A stretch of 50,510 nt of DNA from Phycisphaerales bacterium (GCA_013044165.1 JABEVB010000127.1:1-50510), one strand, 5' to 3'. Counted from the stretch's first letter, positions 1-10,076 are shown. The notes: generated from the sequence alone by a model not told the origin. Made by a program: numbers and translations.

Positions 1-140
1 ATGCCAAAGCGCCCAGCGAGGCTTCCAGCGATTAAACAGTTCTCAACTGATAAAGGATGTTCTGGAAGGAATTGTCTTCGAAGATGGAGTTAAAAAACAA
101 ACCGCCTGAAACTTCCATCCACAAGATTTGACAATAGCTC
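1..140 (+). mobile_element. Right end of an IS256-family insertion sequence (transposase C-terminus plus right inverted repeat), truncated by the window start
   Basis: Frame starting at nt 2 reads CQSAQRGFQRLNSSQLIKDVLEGIVFEDGVKKQTA* (stop 107-109). This resembles the IS256 transposase C-terminus (S-A-x-x-x-W/F-x-R-L...G-V/I-x-F-x-D-G). It is followed by CACAAGATTTGACAATAGCTC ending at 140, which is typical of IS256-type termini. Not in the ORF track. Confidence 0.8.
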
Positions 141-277
141 GGTGGAAAACTTTGGGTTAATGCGTTCCGCTCGCGCATGGGCGTACTTCTGACTGCAATA
201 ACTACCTCAAGCAGGGCCGGTCGCCCGCAGAAGTGAGCCGCCTATGGCCAGCGACGATAAGCTCTCTGCACTGCTGT

Positions 278-2488
278 TTATCCACCGGCGCGAACGGTGA
301 CGGTAATGGTCTCGGGAGAACTTGTGCCTGTGCGTTTAACTTGGAACGACGCAACATGATCCTGATAACGCATTGCGGAAATGGCACCCATAGAAGCAGA
401 TACTTTAGGCATGCGGGCGGCATAAACTTGCAGCGGAAGAGTGTCTTCGCCTTTGGCAAACCGCAGCGCAATCGCCAAGGTGTCGTGGCTGATGGCGACA
501 TGAGGAATGCGGCTGCGTCCTGTGGGTACAAACTGTGCGGTATCGCCGAGGAGAGCCATGCCCGATGTGATGGGGCAAAGCTCATAATACTTCCACATCG
601 CCGGCTTGAGGTGCCCACTTATGGCGACGGTAGCAGCCTGCACGCGTCCGTTATGAGTCCGCAGGTTGTAAATATAGCACTGGCCGGAGATGCCAAGTGA
701 GGTCGGAGTAACGGTAAACTCGCCACGATCACCATCTCGTCGGCAGATGAATACATAATCTGTGCGTGGGTTCTGATGAGCAAACGTAGCTGCGATGAGA
801 GGGCGAGATAAGTGGCGAGCGTCGTTCAAGATGGTTTGGTCTGTTGGAACCAGTGGTTCATCAGGTTTTACTATGACGCCATCGGCGCGAATTGCGCGAA
901 AAATGTTGGAAGCTGACTCTTTGCCAAGTGCATCGCTAACGCCTACAGGCCCAGCGGTGAGCGTGGCGATCAGGATATTCTCGGTTTCGGTGCTGCGAAA
1001 GTTGTCTACCCAGGGCCACGAGCCAATCGCTCTGGCAAATGCGTCATTGTAAATGGCATCGTTGTAACGATCCGGGCAGAAGCCGTCGGTCGCCACGCGA
1101 ACGGATGTAAGGTTGCCATAGTGCGCGCCTTGCAGCAAAAACCGTGGAGTCTCCATGCAATATTGCATGGCCAAGCCGTACTTCTCGCACGCAGTGGCCA
1201 TATTGCCAGTAAAAGCCTTGCCAATACCGGGCGTGGAGGCCATGGCGGGCGAATGGCGGTAGATTTCGTTGAGCCAGTCTTGTTCGTAGCAGATTACGCC
1301 TGATCTATAGAGATAGTGAACAATATGATTCCACCAGCGCGCGTCAATCGCGGCGACGCCGGATATCAGATACTTCTTATGGTAAGGACTGGCGGGATCA
1401 ATCCATCGGGCGTGCGTTATAAGTGGCAAGCCAAGCTGATGTTGAAATGCTGCCAAGCCATCAGGAAAAAGTTCCGGCGCTGCTTTATACAGCATCGTTC
1501 CGCCGTAGTGGTTCCATGTCCCTTGTGCTATTTTGTCATTCATGGCGCCAAGCGGTCGGCCGCTGACGGACCTGTTTGATTTTTGATACCACCAACTATC
1601 GAGCTGAATATAATGTAACGGAATATGTTCCGAGGCAAATTGTTTCTTTAGCGCCAGCAGGGTGCCAATATAGCCAATCGCTTTATCAAAATGGTAATAG
1701 TAAGCTGCGCCGTTGTCAGTCCAGTAGCCGAGGTATTTGAGCAAGGCACCGGCGTTATTGGCTGTATGCGGGCGATGAAACGAGGTAGTTAACGCCCGGC
1801 CCCATTGGCTGAATGTATTCTCAATGCCACGTCCAAAAATCATGATCGTCGCGAGGCGTAATGTGCCCTCCCTCAGCCGCACCCGCCGTCCCACCGTTTG
1901 ACCGATCAGCGATTGACCGTTGCCGATCATGGCGTTGGTCATAAAGCCGTGCAGTGGGGAGATGACGGCGGTATGAAAGTGGTTGTCAAATAAAATCCAG
2001 GGAGTAGCGGTTGCGGCTAATTTAAATACATGCGGATAAAACACATGATTAGCAAAGCTAAAATGTAACAATCTCACCGGGGACCGGGTAAACGCCGGAA
2101 ATACTGGAAATGGGGTGTGGGCTGGCCCATGGATATCAAGATTAAACTCAACCATCGGCTTTTTTGAATAGCACCGAATAAAAGCCTGATTGGCCTGCTT
2201 GCCGGGCCAGGTAAATGCTACCTCTTGCCAAGGACCGTTGGCGTCCATACCTGACTGTACCTTAGCTTGGGTTATCGGACTGCCAACGGCGCCGCTGAAT
2301 GACCAATGGAATGGCATAAAAGTAACGGCATAGATGCCACTGTTGGGGGAGACAGTCACCTGTAATTGGGCCGACGCTCCGGCAAGCTTCAGCCTTTGCG
2401 GAGGTGATGATGCCATTGCATACGGTGCTAAGTTAATACCGGCCACAAATATGGCCGAGATGCCCGCCAGAATACCAAACTTGTGCAT
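278..2488 (-). CDS. Secreted uncharacterised glycoside hydrolase (GH36/raffinose synthase-like, GH-D clan-like), copy 1
   Basis: Start moved to MHKFG (ATG 2488), which has a GGAG RBS and is followed by a signal peptide. Motifs YWTDNGAAYYY, IQLDSWWY, YEQDW, MQYCM, RVATD and GPVGVSD. Confidence 0.75.
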   Translation of the reverse strand: MHKFGILAGISAIFVAGINLAPYAMASSPPQRLKLAGASAQLQVTVSPNSGIYAVTFMPFHWSFSGAVGSPITQAKVQSGMDANGPWQEVAFTWPGKQANQAFIRCYSKKPMVEFNLDIHGPAHTPFPVFPAFTRSPVRLLHFSFANHVFYPHVFKLAATATPWILFDNHFHTAVISPLHGFMTNAMIGNGQSLIGQTVGRRVRLREGTLRLATIMIFGRGIENTFSQWGRALTTSFHRPHTANNAGALLKYLGYWTDNGAAYYYHFDKAIGYIGTLLALKKQFASEHIPLHYIQLDSWWYQKSNRSVSGRPLGAMNDKIAQGTWNHYGGTMLYKAAPELFPDGLAAFQHQLGLPLITHARWIDPASPYHKKYLISGVAAIDARWWNHIVHYLYRSGVICYEQDWLNEIYRHSPAMASTPGIGKAFTGNMATACEKYGLAMQYCMETPRFLLQGAHYGNLTSVRVATDGFCPDRYNDAIYNDAFARAIGSWPWVDNFRSTETENILIATLTAGPVGVSDALGKESASNIFRAIRADGVIVKPDEPLVPTDQTILNDARHLSRPLIAATFAHQNPRTDYVFICRRDGDRGEFTVTPTSLGISGQCYIYNLRTHNGRVQAATVAISGHLKPAMWKYYELCPITSGMALLGDTAQFVPTGRSRIPHVAISHDTLAIALRFAKGEDTLPLQVYAARMPKVSASMGAISAMRYQDHVASFQVKRTGTSSPETITVTVRAGG

Positions 2489-2519
2489 GTAGACCGCTCC
2501 ATATGGAATTTCAAAACAA

Positions 2520-2548
2520 ATTATAGTGCGGTAGGGACTCAATACCAA
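2520..2548 (-). promoter_or_regulatory. Sigma70-type promoter of GH copy 1
   Basis: TTGGTA-N17-TATAAT on the minus strand, about 30 nt upstream of ATG 2488. Confidence 0.7.
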
Positions 2549-2838
2549 CTGCTCATGGCCCCGCGGTTGAGCATGGCAGGCATCGCACAAGTGACGTACA
2601 TGTTGGTCATCGCAATGTAACGAATTCAAATTCTGCTGAGGCGTCGCTACCCTCATACCTGCTTATTGATTGAAGGTTCGTACGTCGGGTCCAGTGCCCC
2701 ACAAACGCGCCTGCAATGCAGAAACGCTGCAAGCCAAATGTGTCGAGTATCAGGCCTTAAGGCGATGACCGACACGCCACAAGCTCCGTCAGTTGACAAT
2801 GGCGATAGACGTTCGTGTTGTCGTCCAATGTGCTTTAA

Positions 2839-5052
2839 TTATTGCCCGTTGCTCGTGGCAGTCATGTTTACGTTGCCGGTTACATCATGGCCGCTGCGTT
2901 TTACCTCGCAGGTAAAAATATCATTTTGATAGCGACCATCAGCTATAGCGCCGCCAGAAGCGGTTAATTTGGGCATGTGGGTAGCATAGAGTTGCATCGG
3001 CAAAGTGGCTTCGCCTTTGGCAAACCGCAAAGCAACCGTCAATGTGCCGTGTCTGATCACGGCGTGAGGAATGCGGCTGCGTCCTGTGGGTACAAACTGA
3101 GCTGTATCGCCGAGGAGAGCAATGCCCGAGGTTATGGGGCAAAGTTCATAATAGGCCCAGCCGGCTTTGCCTAGCTGGTCGCGGACGGGCTGAGCAGACG
3201 CCTGCGCATGGCCGCTCTTAGTCCGCATGTTGTAAATATAGCACTGGCCGGAGAGACCAAGCGAAGCCGGCGTGAAGGAAAAATCGCTTTGGTCGGCCTC
3301 TCGTCGGCAGATGAACACATACTCTGTGCGTGGGTTCTGATTGGTAAACGTGGCAGCAATGAGAGGGTGAGATAGGTGCCGGGCATCGGCCAGAATGGTT
3401 TGGTCGGTTGGCACGATAGGCTCATCCGGTTTGACGATCACTCCATCAGCACGAACGGCCTCAAAGATATTGGAGGGGGATTCCTGCCCCATGGCGTCGC
3501 TTACGCCCACTACGCCGGCGGAAAGCGTCGCAAGAATCAGGTTCTCGGTTTCCGTGCTGCGAAAGTTGTCTACCCAAGGCCACGAGCCAATGGCGCGGGC
3601 AAAAGCGTAGTTGTAAAGAGCATCGTCGTAACGGTCATAGCAGAATCGGTCGGTTGCAACCCGGACGGAGGTGAGGTTGGCATAATGAGCGCCCTGCAGC
3701 ATGAATCGAGGTGTTTCCATGCAGTATTGCATAGCCAAGCCATACTTTTGACATGCCACGGCCATGTCATCGGTAAATGCCCGGCCGATACCCGGCGTGG
3801 TGGCCATGGCTGGCGAATGACGGTAGATTCGATTCATCCAATCCTGTGCGTAGCAAATGACTCCCGATGAATGTAAATAGTTCGCGATATGGTTCCACCA
3901 GCGTGGATCAATCGCAGCTACGCCGGATATTACATACTTTTTGTGATAGGGGCTGTCTACATCAATCCATCGGCCGTGTGTTATCAGCGGCAGTCCAAGC
4001 TTGTGTTGAAAAGCCGCCAAGCCATCAGGAAAAAGCTCCGGAGCGGCCTTATAGAGCATGGTTCCGCCGTAATGATTCCATGAGCCTTGCGCTACTTTGC
4101 CATTCATGGCTCCAAGATGTCTGCCGTTGATGAAGGTGTTGGATTTTTCATACCACCAACTGTCGAGTTGCAGGTAGCCCAGCGGGATATGCTCGCTGGC
4201 GAATTGCTTTTTTACCGCCAGCAAAGTGCCCGCATACCCAAGCGACCTGACAAAGTGGTAGTAATACACGGCACCATTGTCCGTCCAATAGCCAAGGTAT
4301 TTGAGCATGGCATTGGCATTGTTTGCGGTGCGCGGGCGATGAAAGGCGGTCGTGAGTGTGCGTCCCCATTGTCGAAATGTATGCTCGATGCCGTGGCCAA
4401 AGACCATAATGGTTGTAAGCGGCAGCGTGCCGCTGGTCAGTCGCACGCGGGAGCCGACTGTCTGGCCCAGTAACGAATGACCACTGCCGATCATCGTGTT
4501 GGTCATAAAGCTGTGGAGCGGCGACATGACGACGGTCGCAAAGGCGTGGTTAAAGAGTATCCAGGGAGTAGCAGTGCGAGCTAAGTAGAAGGCATGAGGA
4601 TAAAACTCGTGATTACCAAAACTCAGATGAAACAAGCCTCGTGGAAATTTGGTAAACGCCGGAAATACTGGAAATGGCGTGTGGGCTGGCCCATGGATAT
4701 CAAGATTAAACTCAACCATCGTTTTTTTTGAATAACACCGAATAAATGCCTGATTGGCCTGCTGGCCGGGCCAGGTAAACGCTATCTCCTGCCAAGGACC
4801 GTTGGCGTCCATACCTGACTGTACCTTAGCTTGGGTTATCGGACTGCCAACGGTGCCGCTGAATGACCAATGGAATGGGGTAAAGGTAACGGCATAGGTT
4901 CCGATGCTGGGGGAGACAGTCACCTCCAATTGGTCAGATGCTGCAGAAACGTTGAGTGTTTGGGGAGGTGACGATGCCATCGCTCGCGGCGCTAAGTTAA
5001 TACCGGCTGCAAATAAGGCCAGGATAGCCACCAGAAGGCCAAACTTTTGCAT
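2839..5052 (-). CDS. Secreted uncharacterised glycoside hydrolase (GH-D clan-like), copy 2; tandem paralog of 278..2488
   Basis: 737 aa, collinear with copy 1. GGAG RBS and signal peptide. Motifs YWTDNGAVYYY, LQLDSWWY, YAQDW and RVATD. Confidence 0.75.
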   Translation of the reverse strand: MQKFGLLVAILALFAAGINLAPRAMASSPPQTLNVSAASDQLEVTVSPSIGTYAVTFTPFHWSFSGTVGSPITQAKVQSGMDANGPWQEIAFTWPGQQANQAFIRCYSKKTMVEFNLDIHGPAHTPFPVFPAFTKFPRGLFHLSFGNHEFYPHAFYLARTATPWILFNHAFATVVMSPLHSFMTNTMIGSGHSLLGQTVGSRVRLTSGTLPLTTIMVFGHGIEHTFRQWGRTLTTAFHRPRTANNANAMLKYLGYWTDNGAVYYYHFVRSLGYAGTLLAVKKQFASEHIPLGYLQLDSWWYEKSNTFINGRHLGAMNGKVAQGSWNHYGGTMLYKAAPELFPDGLAAFQHKLGLPLITHGRWIDVDSPYHKKYVISGVAAIDPRWWNHIANYLHSSGVICYAQDWMNRIYRHSPAMATTPGIGRAFTDDMAVACQKYGLAMQYCMETPRFMLQGAHYANLTSVRVATDRFCYDRYDDALYNYAFARAIGSWPWVDNFRSTETENLILATLSAGVVGVSDAMGQESPSNIFEAVRADGVIVKPDEPIVPTDQTILADARHLSHPLIAATFTNQNPRTEYVFICRREADQSDFSFTPASLGLSGQCYIYNMRTKSGHAQASAQPVRDQLGKAGWAYYELCPITSGIALLGDTAQFVPTGRSRIPHAVIRHGTLTVALRFAKGEATLPMQLYATHMPKLTASGGAIADGRYQNDIFTCEVKRSGHDVTGNVNMTATSNGQ

Positions 5053-5082
5053 GTAACTACTCCAAGTATAATTTCCTCATGA

Positions 5083-5111
5083 ATGATAGTGGGGCGGCGA
5101 CTGAATGCCAA
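5083..5111 (-). promoter_or_regulatory. Sigma70-type promoter of GH copy 2
   Basis: TTGGCA-N17-TATCAT on the minus strand, homologous to the copy 1 promoter. Confidence 0.65.
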
Positions 5112-5494
5112 CTGCAATTGGCCAGACCATCGAGCATGATGGGCAAAGCGTTGCTCTGATGTTGTGTTGTCAATTAAAGTTAAGTGCTGTTTAGCCGGTA
5201 GAACCGAGGACTCATCTCCGCGGGCGCATGCAGCAAACGACTGTTTTGTGCACATCGCGTATTACAGGCTGTACGTTGCAGGGACATCCTGTAAATCTGA
5301 AACACTCTTGAGATCGGTGGGCCGCCATGCGTGCCACGCTGTCAAATAACAATGCGCATGCGATTTATAAAGCAGCTCATTTATGCGGTTTTATTGAAAT
5401 CCATAAGCTACGCAAAGGTTGCTTCAGGCAGAGTTCGCCCGCCGTGATCATGCCTTCTCCTGCTGGCAACGGGCGTCCGCTTCAAAGTTGCCGG

Positions 5495-7531
5495 CTACGG
5501 TTGCGGCAGGTTGATGGCGTGGTTGCCACTGCTTGCGAATGCCACATGCGCCTGCCAGCGGGCTTGTGCCGGGCGGCAAACCGATGCCACGCCATTGGTG
5601 CAGTAACTGTAGTAAATATCGAAGCTCCAGGTGCCATCGGTTGCAAGGGCCGACCTGGGCAATGTTTTGGGATCAAGCGTGAATGTGACTTGATGCGTCT
5701 TGCCGGCCCCCAGCGTTTGTTGAAAAAGCACCGCGCCGCCGTCTGCTACTCGCAGCGAGACCGGTACCCCCGGAGTAAGGTGCGCATCGGTGGGAATGTG
5801 CAAATCGGCATTGATGACAACTGGTTTGCCATCACTGAGGGTTAGATTGAGCGTGGTGTTTGCCGTGATTGCCAAGTCGCGGGCTTCCTGTTGCGGTATA
5901 AGGGGCGAATGCAGGCCGGCGATAACCACTTCATGCCAGGTCTTGGTGCGGCCATTGATCATGACGATGCGTTGGTTGTCGGTATCGGCAACAAAAATGG
6001 TGTTGCCAGTAACGCTTAGCCCGCCGGGTTCATAAAACTGCACCGCGCCTCCGGGGGTGCCTACACCCGGTTGGCCCGTGCCCGCAAAGGTGGCCACATT
6101 GCCCGTCTTGGGATTGATAAGTCGCAGTTTATGATTGTAGGTATCAGCAACAAGCAGTTTGCCGTTGAAGACTGCCACGCCCAGGTCGTGCTGCAACAGC
6201 GCCACGTCACGGTTGCCGTCTTCATCACCAAAATCAAACAGGCCGTGGCCCACCACGGTAAAAACGTTGTCGTTGGTAAGGTTAACGCCGCGTACAGCGC
6301 TGTTTTCAGAGTCGGCAAAGTATAGGGTGTTGCCGTCGAGTGCCAAGCCCGCGGGTTGAGCGAGCGCGGCATCAGGACCGTAGCCGTCCTGCAGGCCCTC
6401 ACCGCCGGAACCAGCCAACGGTTGGGCCTTAAGAGTTTTGAGATTCATCTTCCAAATTTGATGCTCACCAGCCATTGCAATGTAAAGTCTCTGTGCGCGA
6501 ACCGCCAAGTCCCATGGCGAGTTAATGCCCTGTGCCGTACCCGTTCCGCCGCCGGTAACATCATAAACCTCATGGCCTGTGCCGAGGATGGTTGTTACCT
6601 GCATGGTTTTCAGATTGACTTTGCGAATCAGGTGGTTAAGCGTGTCGGCAACATAGAGAGTGTGTCCTTCCAAAGCAAGACCTTGGGGACCGTTAAACTC
6701 TGCGGTTGCTGCCGAGCCGTCGCGGTGACCGGCTTTGCCACAGCCGATAATGGCTTCGAGCGTGGCCATGGCGTGATCGTTGGGCCAAGAAGCGATCACA
6801 ATGCGGTTATGGTCGCTGTCGCTGATGAAAAGTCGCTTGCCTTCGGCATCGGCCAGCACCTTGCCAGGAAAAGACAAGCCTGAAGCGGACTGCAGGGCGG
6901 CTTGGTGCGGCAGAACCAAAGGTTCTTTGGCCAGCCAGCCGTGCAGTCGGTCGGTAAGCAGCGTTTTGGCAATGACTTTTTCCAAACTGTCGCGGTTGCC
7001 TTCGCCGGACACGGCTCCCACAATGCGCCCACGCGCATCCACCAGAACGAGCGTGGGCCAACTGTTTACGCCATAACTGTCCCAGATTTTCATGTTTTGA
7101 TCTACGACGATGGGGTGCTGGATTTTATACCGGAGCACCGCCTGGCGGATATTGGCGAGGGTGCTTTCATTGGTGAACTTTGCGGAATGTACTCCAATAA
7201 TAACGAATGGCTGGCCTTTGAAGTGGTTCTGCAGGTAATCGAGATCAGGAATAATGTGCATGAAATTGATGCAGCCGTAGGTCCAAAAGTCCAGCAGCAC
7301 AACCTGACCCTTGAGCTGATGTTTGAAGCTCAAAGGTTCAGGCGTATTGAGCCACTTAAAATCTGGCGGAAAATCGGGTGCACGCACCTGATCGTCAAAC
7401 ATGCTGGCCGCTCCATATAAGAACGCGGGCGGATGCAGAATAAGCCGCAGCGACAAGGCCGCCACGACGATAGCGCCGCACACGAGGGATATAAAACCAA
7501 TTCGCCATTGCTTGAACCATGAGAAAAGCAT
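5495..7531 (-). CDS. Membrane-anchored thioredoxin-like + NHL-repeat protein (NHLRC2/SOQ1-like)
   Basis: N-terminal hydrophobic segment; Trx domain LDFWTYGCINFMH...GVHSAKF...SWPTLVL; NHL repeats (ISDSDHNRI, VADTLNHLIR, ADTYNHKL, ADTDNQRI); C-terminal domain with YC-x7-C. Confidence 0.9.
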   Translation of the reverse strand: MLFSWFKQWRIGFISLVCGAIVVAALSLRLILHPPAFLYGAASMFDDQVRAPDFPPDFKWLNTPEPLSFKHQLKGQVVLLDFWTYGCINFMHIIPDLDYLQNHFKGQPFVIIGVHSAKFTNESTLANIRQAVLRYKIQHPIVVDQNMKIWDSYGVNSWPTLVLVDARGRIVGAVSGEGNRDSLEKVIAKTLLTDRLHGWLAKEPLVLPHQAALQSASGLSFPGKVLADAEGKRLFISDSDHNRIVIASWPNDHAMATLEAIIGCGKAGHRDGSAATAEFNGPQGLALEGHTLYVADTLNHLIRKVNLKTMQVTTILGTGHEVYDVTGGGTGTAQGINSPWDLAVRAQRLYIAMAGEHQIWKMNLKTLKAQPLAGSGGEGLQDGYGPDAALAQPAGLALDGNTLYFADSENSAVRGVNLTNDNVFTVVGHGLFDFGDEDGNRDVALLQHDLGVAVFNGKLLVADTYNHKLRLINPKTGNVATFAGTGQPGVGTPGGAVQFYEPGGLSVTGNTIFVADTDNQRIVMINGRTKTWHEVVIAGLHSPLIPQQEARDLAITANTTLNLTLSDGKPVVINADLHIPTDAHLTPGVPVSLRVADGGAVLFQQTLGAGKTHQVTFTLDPKTLPRSALATDGTWSFDIYYSYCTNGVASVCRPAQARWQAHVAFASSGNHAINLPQP

Positions 7532-7643
7532 TATAACACTCCATGAACGCCTTGTGTGCCACTGCCAGCCCCAAATTCAGGATCGGCAAGGGTTGGTCGC
7601 GTAAGCACCGATTACCTTACGTTTGAGCCTAGGAGATCAGATT

Positions 7644-7913
7644 ATGCCCGGATGTATCATTTTACTGGCGGGGGCGATCTGGCCGCGGTTTACGCTGGCC
7701 ATGTTGTGGCTGTTTTCGGACTATCCGGCAAAGGCCTTTGACTCCGTGTTGTGGCCCTTGCTGGGCTTTTTTGTGCTGCCGGCAACCACTTTGGGTTACG
7801 AACTGGCCCGCAATTGGAGCACTCATGGCTCTCTTGCCGGCGGATGGTTTTTGCTGCCGGCGGTGGGTTTGCTGTATGACCTCGGCTACACGGGCGCGGC
7901 GGCCAAGCGATGA
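7644..7913 (+). CDS. Small conserved integral membrane protein (89 aa)
   Basis: AGGAG at 7631 and ATG at 7644; hydrophobic sequence with PR...W...AF...WPLLGFFVLPATTLGY. Confidence 0.75.
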   Translation: MPGCIILLAGAIWPRFTLAMLWLFSDYPAKAFDSVLWPLLGFFVLPATTLGYELARNWSTHGSLAGGWFLLPAVGLLYDLGYTGAAAKR

Positions 7914-8195
7914 CGATCGGCGGCTGTTAATCGCCACCGGCTGCCGCCGTGGCATTTGTGCAGGCGTTGGGAATGTTTGCCATCGAGGTGGGGTTAAGAA
8001 GGCTTGCGGGCACGACCGGATGTAACGACGTAGGTTGTGGCGTTCGAAATAGGTACGTCTACCGCTATGCGGCATCGGCGGGTGAATGCAGGAGGCCGCA
8101 AGAACATCGTTCAGAAGTTGGATCGGTTTTTCGGTCGGATCATAACATGGGTAGGGCCGTAGGAATATAAATAGTTACCAGTTCTGCTGGTGCGG

Positions 8196-9158
8196 CTAGC
8201 CTTTGATGCCGGTGGTGGCAATACCCTCGATGAATGTCTTTTGTGCCATGAAAAACAGCACCAGCACGGGCACAATGACCAGCACGCTGGCGGCCATCAG
8301 CAGGTTCCATGATGTGTTGCCAAGCTGCGAATAAAAGCTTTGCAATCCCAAGGCAAGGGTGTACTGCTGCGATCGTTGAATGTAGACCAAGGGTGCTAAA
8401 AAGTCGTTCCAAACGGCCATGAACGAAAACAGTGCCACCACCGTAAGGGCGGGTTTGGCCAGCGGCAGAATAATGCGTACAAAGATGCCGAACTCAGAGC
8501 AGCCGTCCATGCGAGCCGCTTCGGAGAGTTCATCGGGGATGGTCATAAAGAATTGTCGCAGCAAAAAGATGTTAAAAGCCGAGCCAAACCATGCTGGCAC
8601 CCAGAGTGGTTTAAACGTGCCCAGCCATTGCATGCCGGTATGATCGCCAAGCCAGCGAAAGATAATAAACAGCGACACCATCGTTACCGGAAAAGGGATC
8701 ATCATGGTGGCGAGCATGATGGCAAACAAGACGCCGCGGCCACGGAACTTAATTTTGGCAAAGCCATAGGCGACAATCGCGCTGGAAATGGTGGTGCCCA
8801 GCACGGTCAGCAGCGCGATGATGAGGGTATTGCGTGTCCAGAGCAGAAAGTTGCTGTTATGTCGGGTGAAAATGGCTTTGTAGTTATGCCATTGGACGGG
8901 ATGGGGAATCCATTGCGGGGGGTTGCTCATAACATGGGAGTTGCTTTTAAGGCTGGTGGATACCATCCATAAAAATGGCACCAGAGCCGCAGCGCAAATT
9001 AAAATGAGCGCAGCATGGATGAGCAATTGCTGCATCAGGCGACGTCGCTTTTGCATGGCCAGATGGGTGTGCATTACAGCCTGGCCGACCAGTGCCTGAT
9101 GGCGCAGCGAATCGGGCGGCGGTGTTTGTGGTGTTGGGATGTTGTGTGCGTTGGTCAT
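8196..9158 (-). CDS. Carbohydrate ABC transporter permease (MalG-type)
   Basis: EAA loop IPDELSEAARMDGC, WNDFLAPL and multiple TM helices. Confidence 0.95.
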   Translation of the reverse strand: MTNAHNIPTPQTPPPDSLRHQALVGQAVMHTHLAMQKRRRLMQQLLIHAALILICAAALVPFLWMVSTSLKSNSHVMSNPPQWIPHPVQWHNYKAIFTRHNSNFLLWTRNTLIIALLTVLGTTISSAIVAYGFAKIKFRGRGVLFAIMLATMMIPFPVTMVSLFIIFRWLGDHTGMQWLGTFKPLWVPAWFGSAFNIFLLRQFFMTIPDELSEAARMDGCSEFGIFVRIILPLAKPALTVVALFSFMAVWNDFLAPLVYIQRSQQYTLALGLQSFYSQLGNTSWNLLMAASVLVIVPVLVLFFMAQKTFIEGIATTGIKG

Positions 9159-9185
9159 AAAGTTGCTTTGATTTTTTAGTTGGTT

Positions 9186-10076
9186 TTATTTGCCTTGATA
9201 ATGCACCCAAAAGCGGCTGGTCCAAAAGGCCAGGGCGGTGAGGGTCAACACCAGGAGCAACTGGACCCATGCCAAAGCGCTGGCGTAACCCATGCGCAAA
9301 AAAGTGAACGCGTTGTCATAGAGATACATCGTGTAAAGGTAGGTTGCCCGAATAGGGCCGCCCTGTGTCATGATGAATGGCTGCGTGAAGGTTTGCAGCG
9401 ATCCGATAATGCCCATGATGAGGTTAAAAAAGATGACCGGCGAAATACTGGGCAATGTGACATGCCAAATTTTGCGGGGCAGGTTGGCACCATCGAGATC
9501 AGCGGCCTCGTAAAGCTCCCGCGGCACATCCTGCAGACCGGCGAGATAAATCACCACAGTGTTGCCGAGGCTCCAAAAGCTCATGAGCACCAGCGCCGGC
9601 ATGGCCCACTGGGTGGAGGTAAGCCAAGGTGGAGGGTGGGCAATGCCCAGGCTGCGCAGCGTTACATTAATCAAACCGAGTTTGCTGTTGTACATCCACA
9701 GCCACAGCATGGCTGAGGCAACAAGTGGAATGAGCGAAGGCAAAAAAATGATGGTGCGATAGATGGACAATCCCCGGATATTTGCATTAAGCAGCAGGGC
9801 CAGGGCCAGAGCGATCACCATGCCCATGGGCAGAGACATCAGGGCATAAAGCAGAGTGTTTTTGAGCGATATCCAAAAAACATGATCGTGAATCATGTAG
9901 TTGTAATTGTGCCAGCCGACAAACACCGGAGGTTGCACCAACGGATAGTTGCAGAAACTGTAATACAGTGAGAGGCCAATAGGTATGGTGGTAAAAACCA
10001 AAACGCCAACCAGCCATGGCGACAAGAAAGCCATGCCTTTGAGAAAGTTGACGGTTTGGCGGCTCATACGCGGCAA
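9186..10076 (-). CDS. Carbohydrate ABC transporter permease (MalF-type)
   Basis: YLAGLQDVPRELYEAADLDGA and MTQGGP; AGGAG 8 nt before the TTG start. Confidence 0.95.
   Translation of the reverse strand: MPRMSRQTVNFLKGMAFLSPWLVGVLVFTTIPIGLSLYYSFCNYPLVQPPVFVGWHNYNYMIHDHVFWISLKNTLLYALMSLPMGMVIALALALLLNANIRGLSIYRTIIFLPSLIPLVASAMLWLWMYNSKLGLINVTLRSLGIAHPPPWLTSTQWAMPALVLMSFWSLGNTVVIYLAGLQDVPRELYEAADLDGANLPRKIWHVTLPSISPVIFFNLIMGIIGSLQTFTQPFIMTQGGPIRATYLYTMYLYDNAFTFLRMGYASALAWVQLLLVLTLTALAFWTSRFWVHYQGK

Noticed and set aside
2087-4878. Near-identical repeat pair as a DGR template/variable repeat
   Set aside because: Mismatches are not adenine-specific, both copies lie in intact paralogous genes, and there is no reverse transcriptase in the window.
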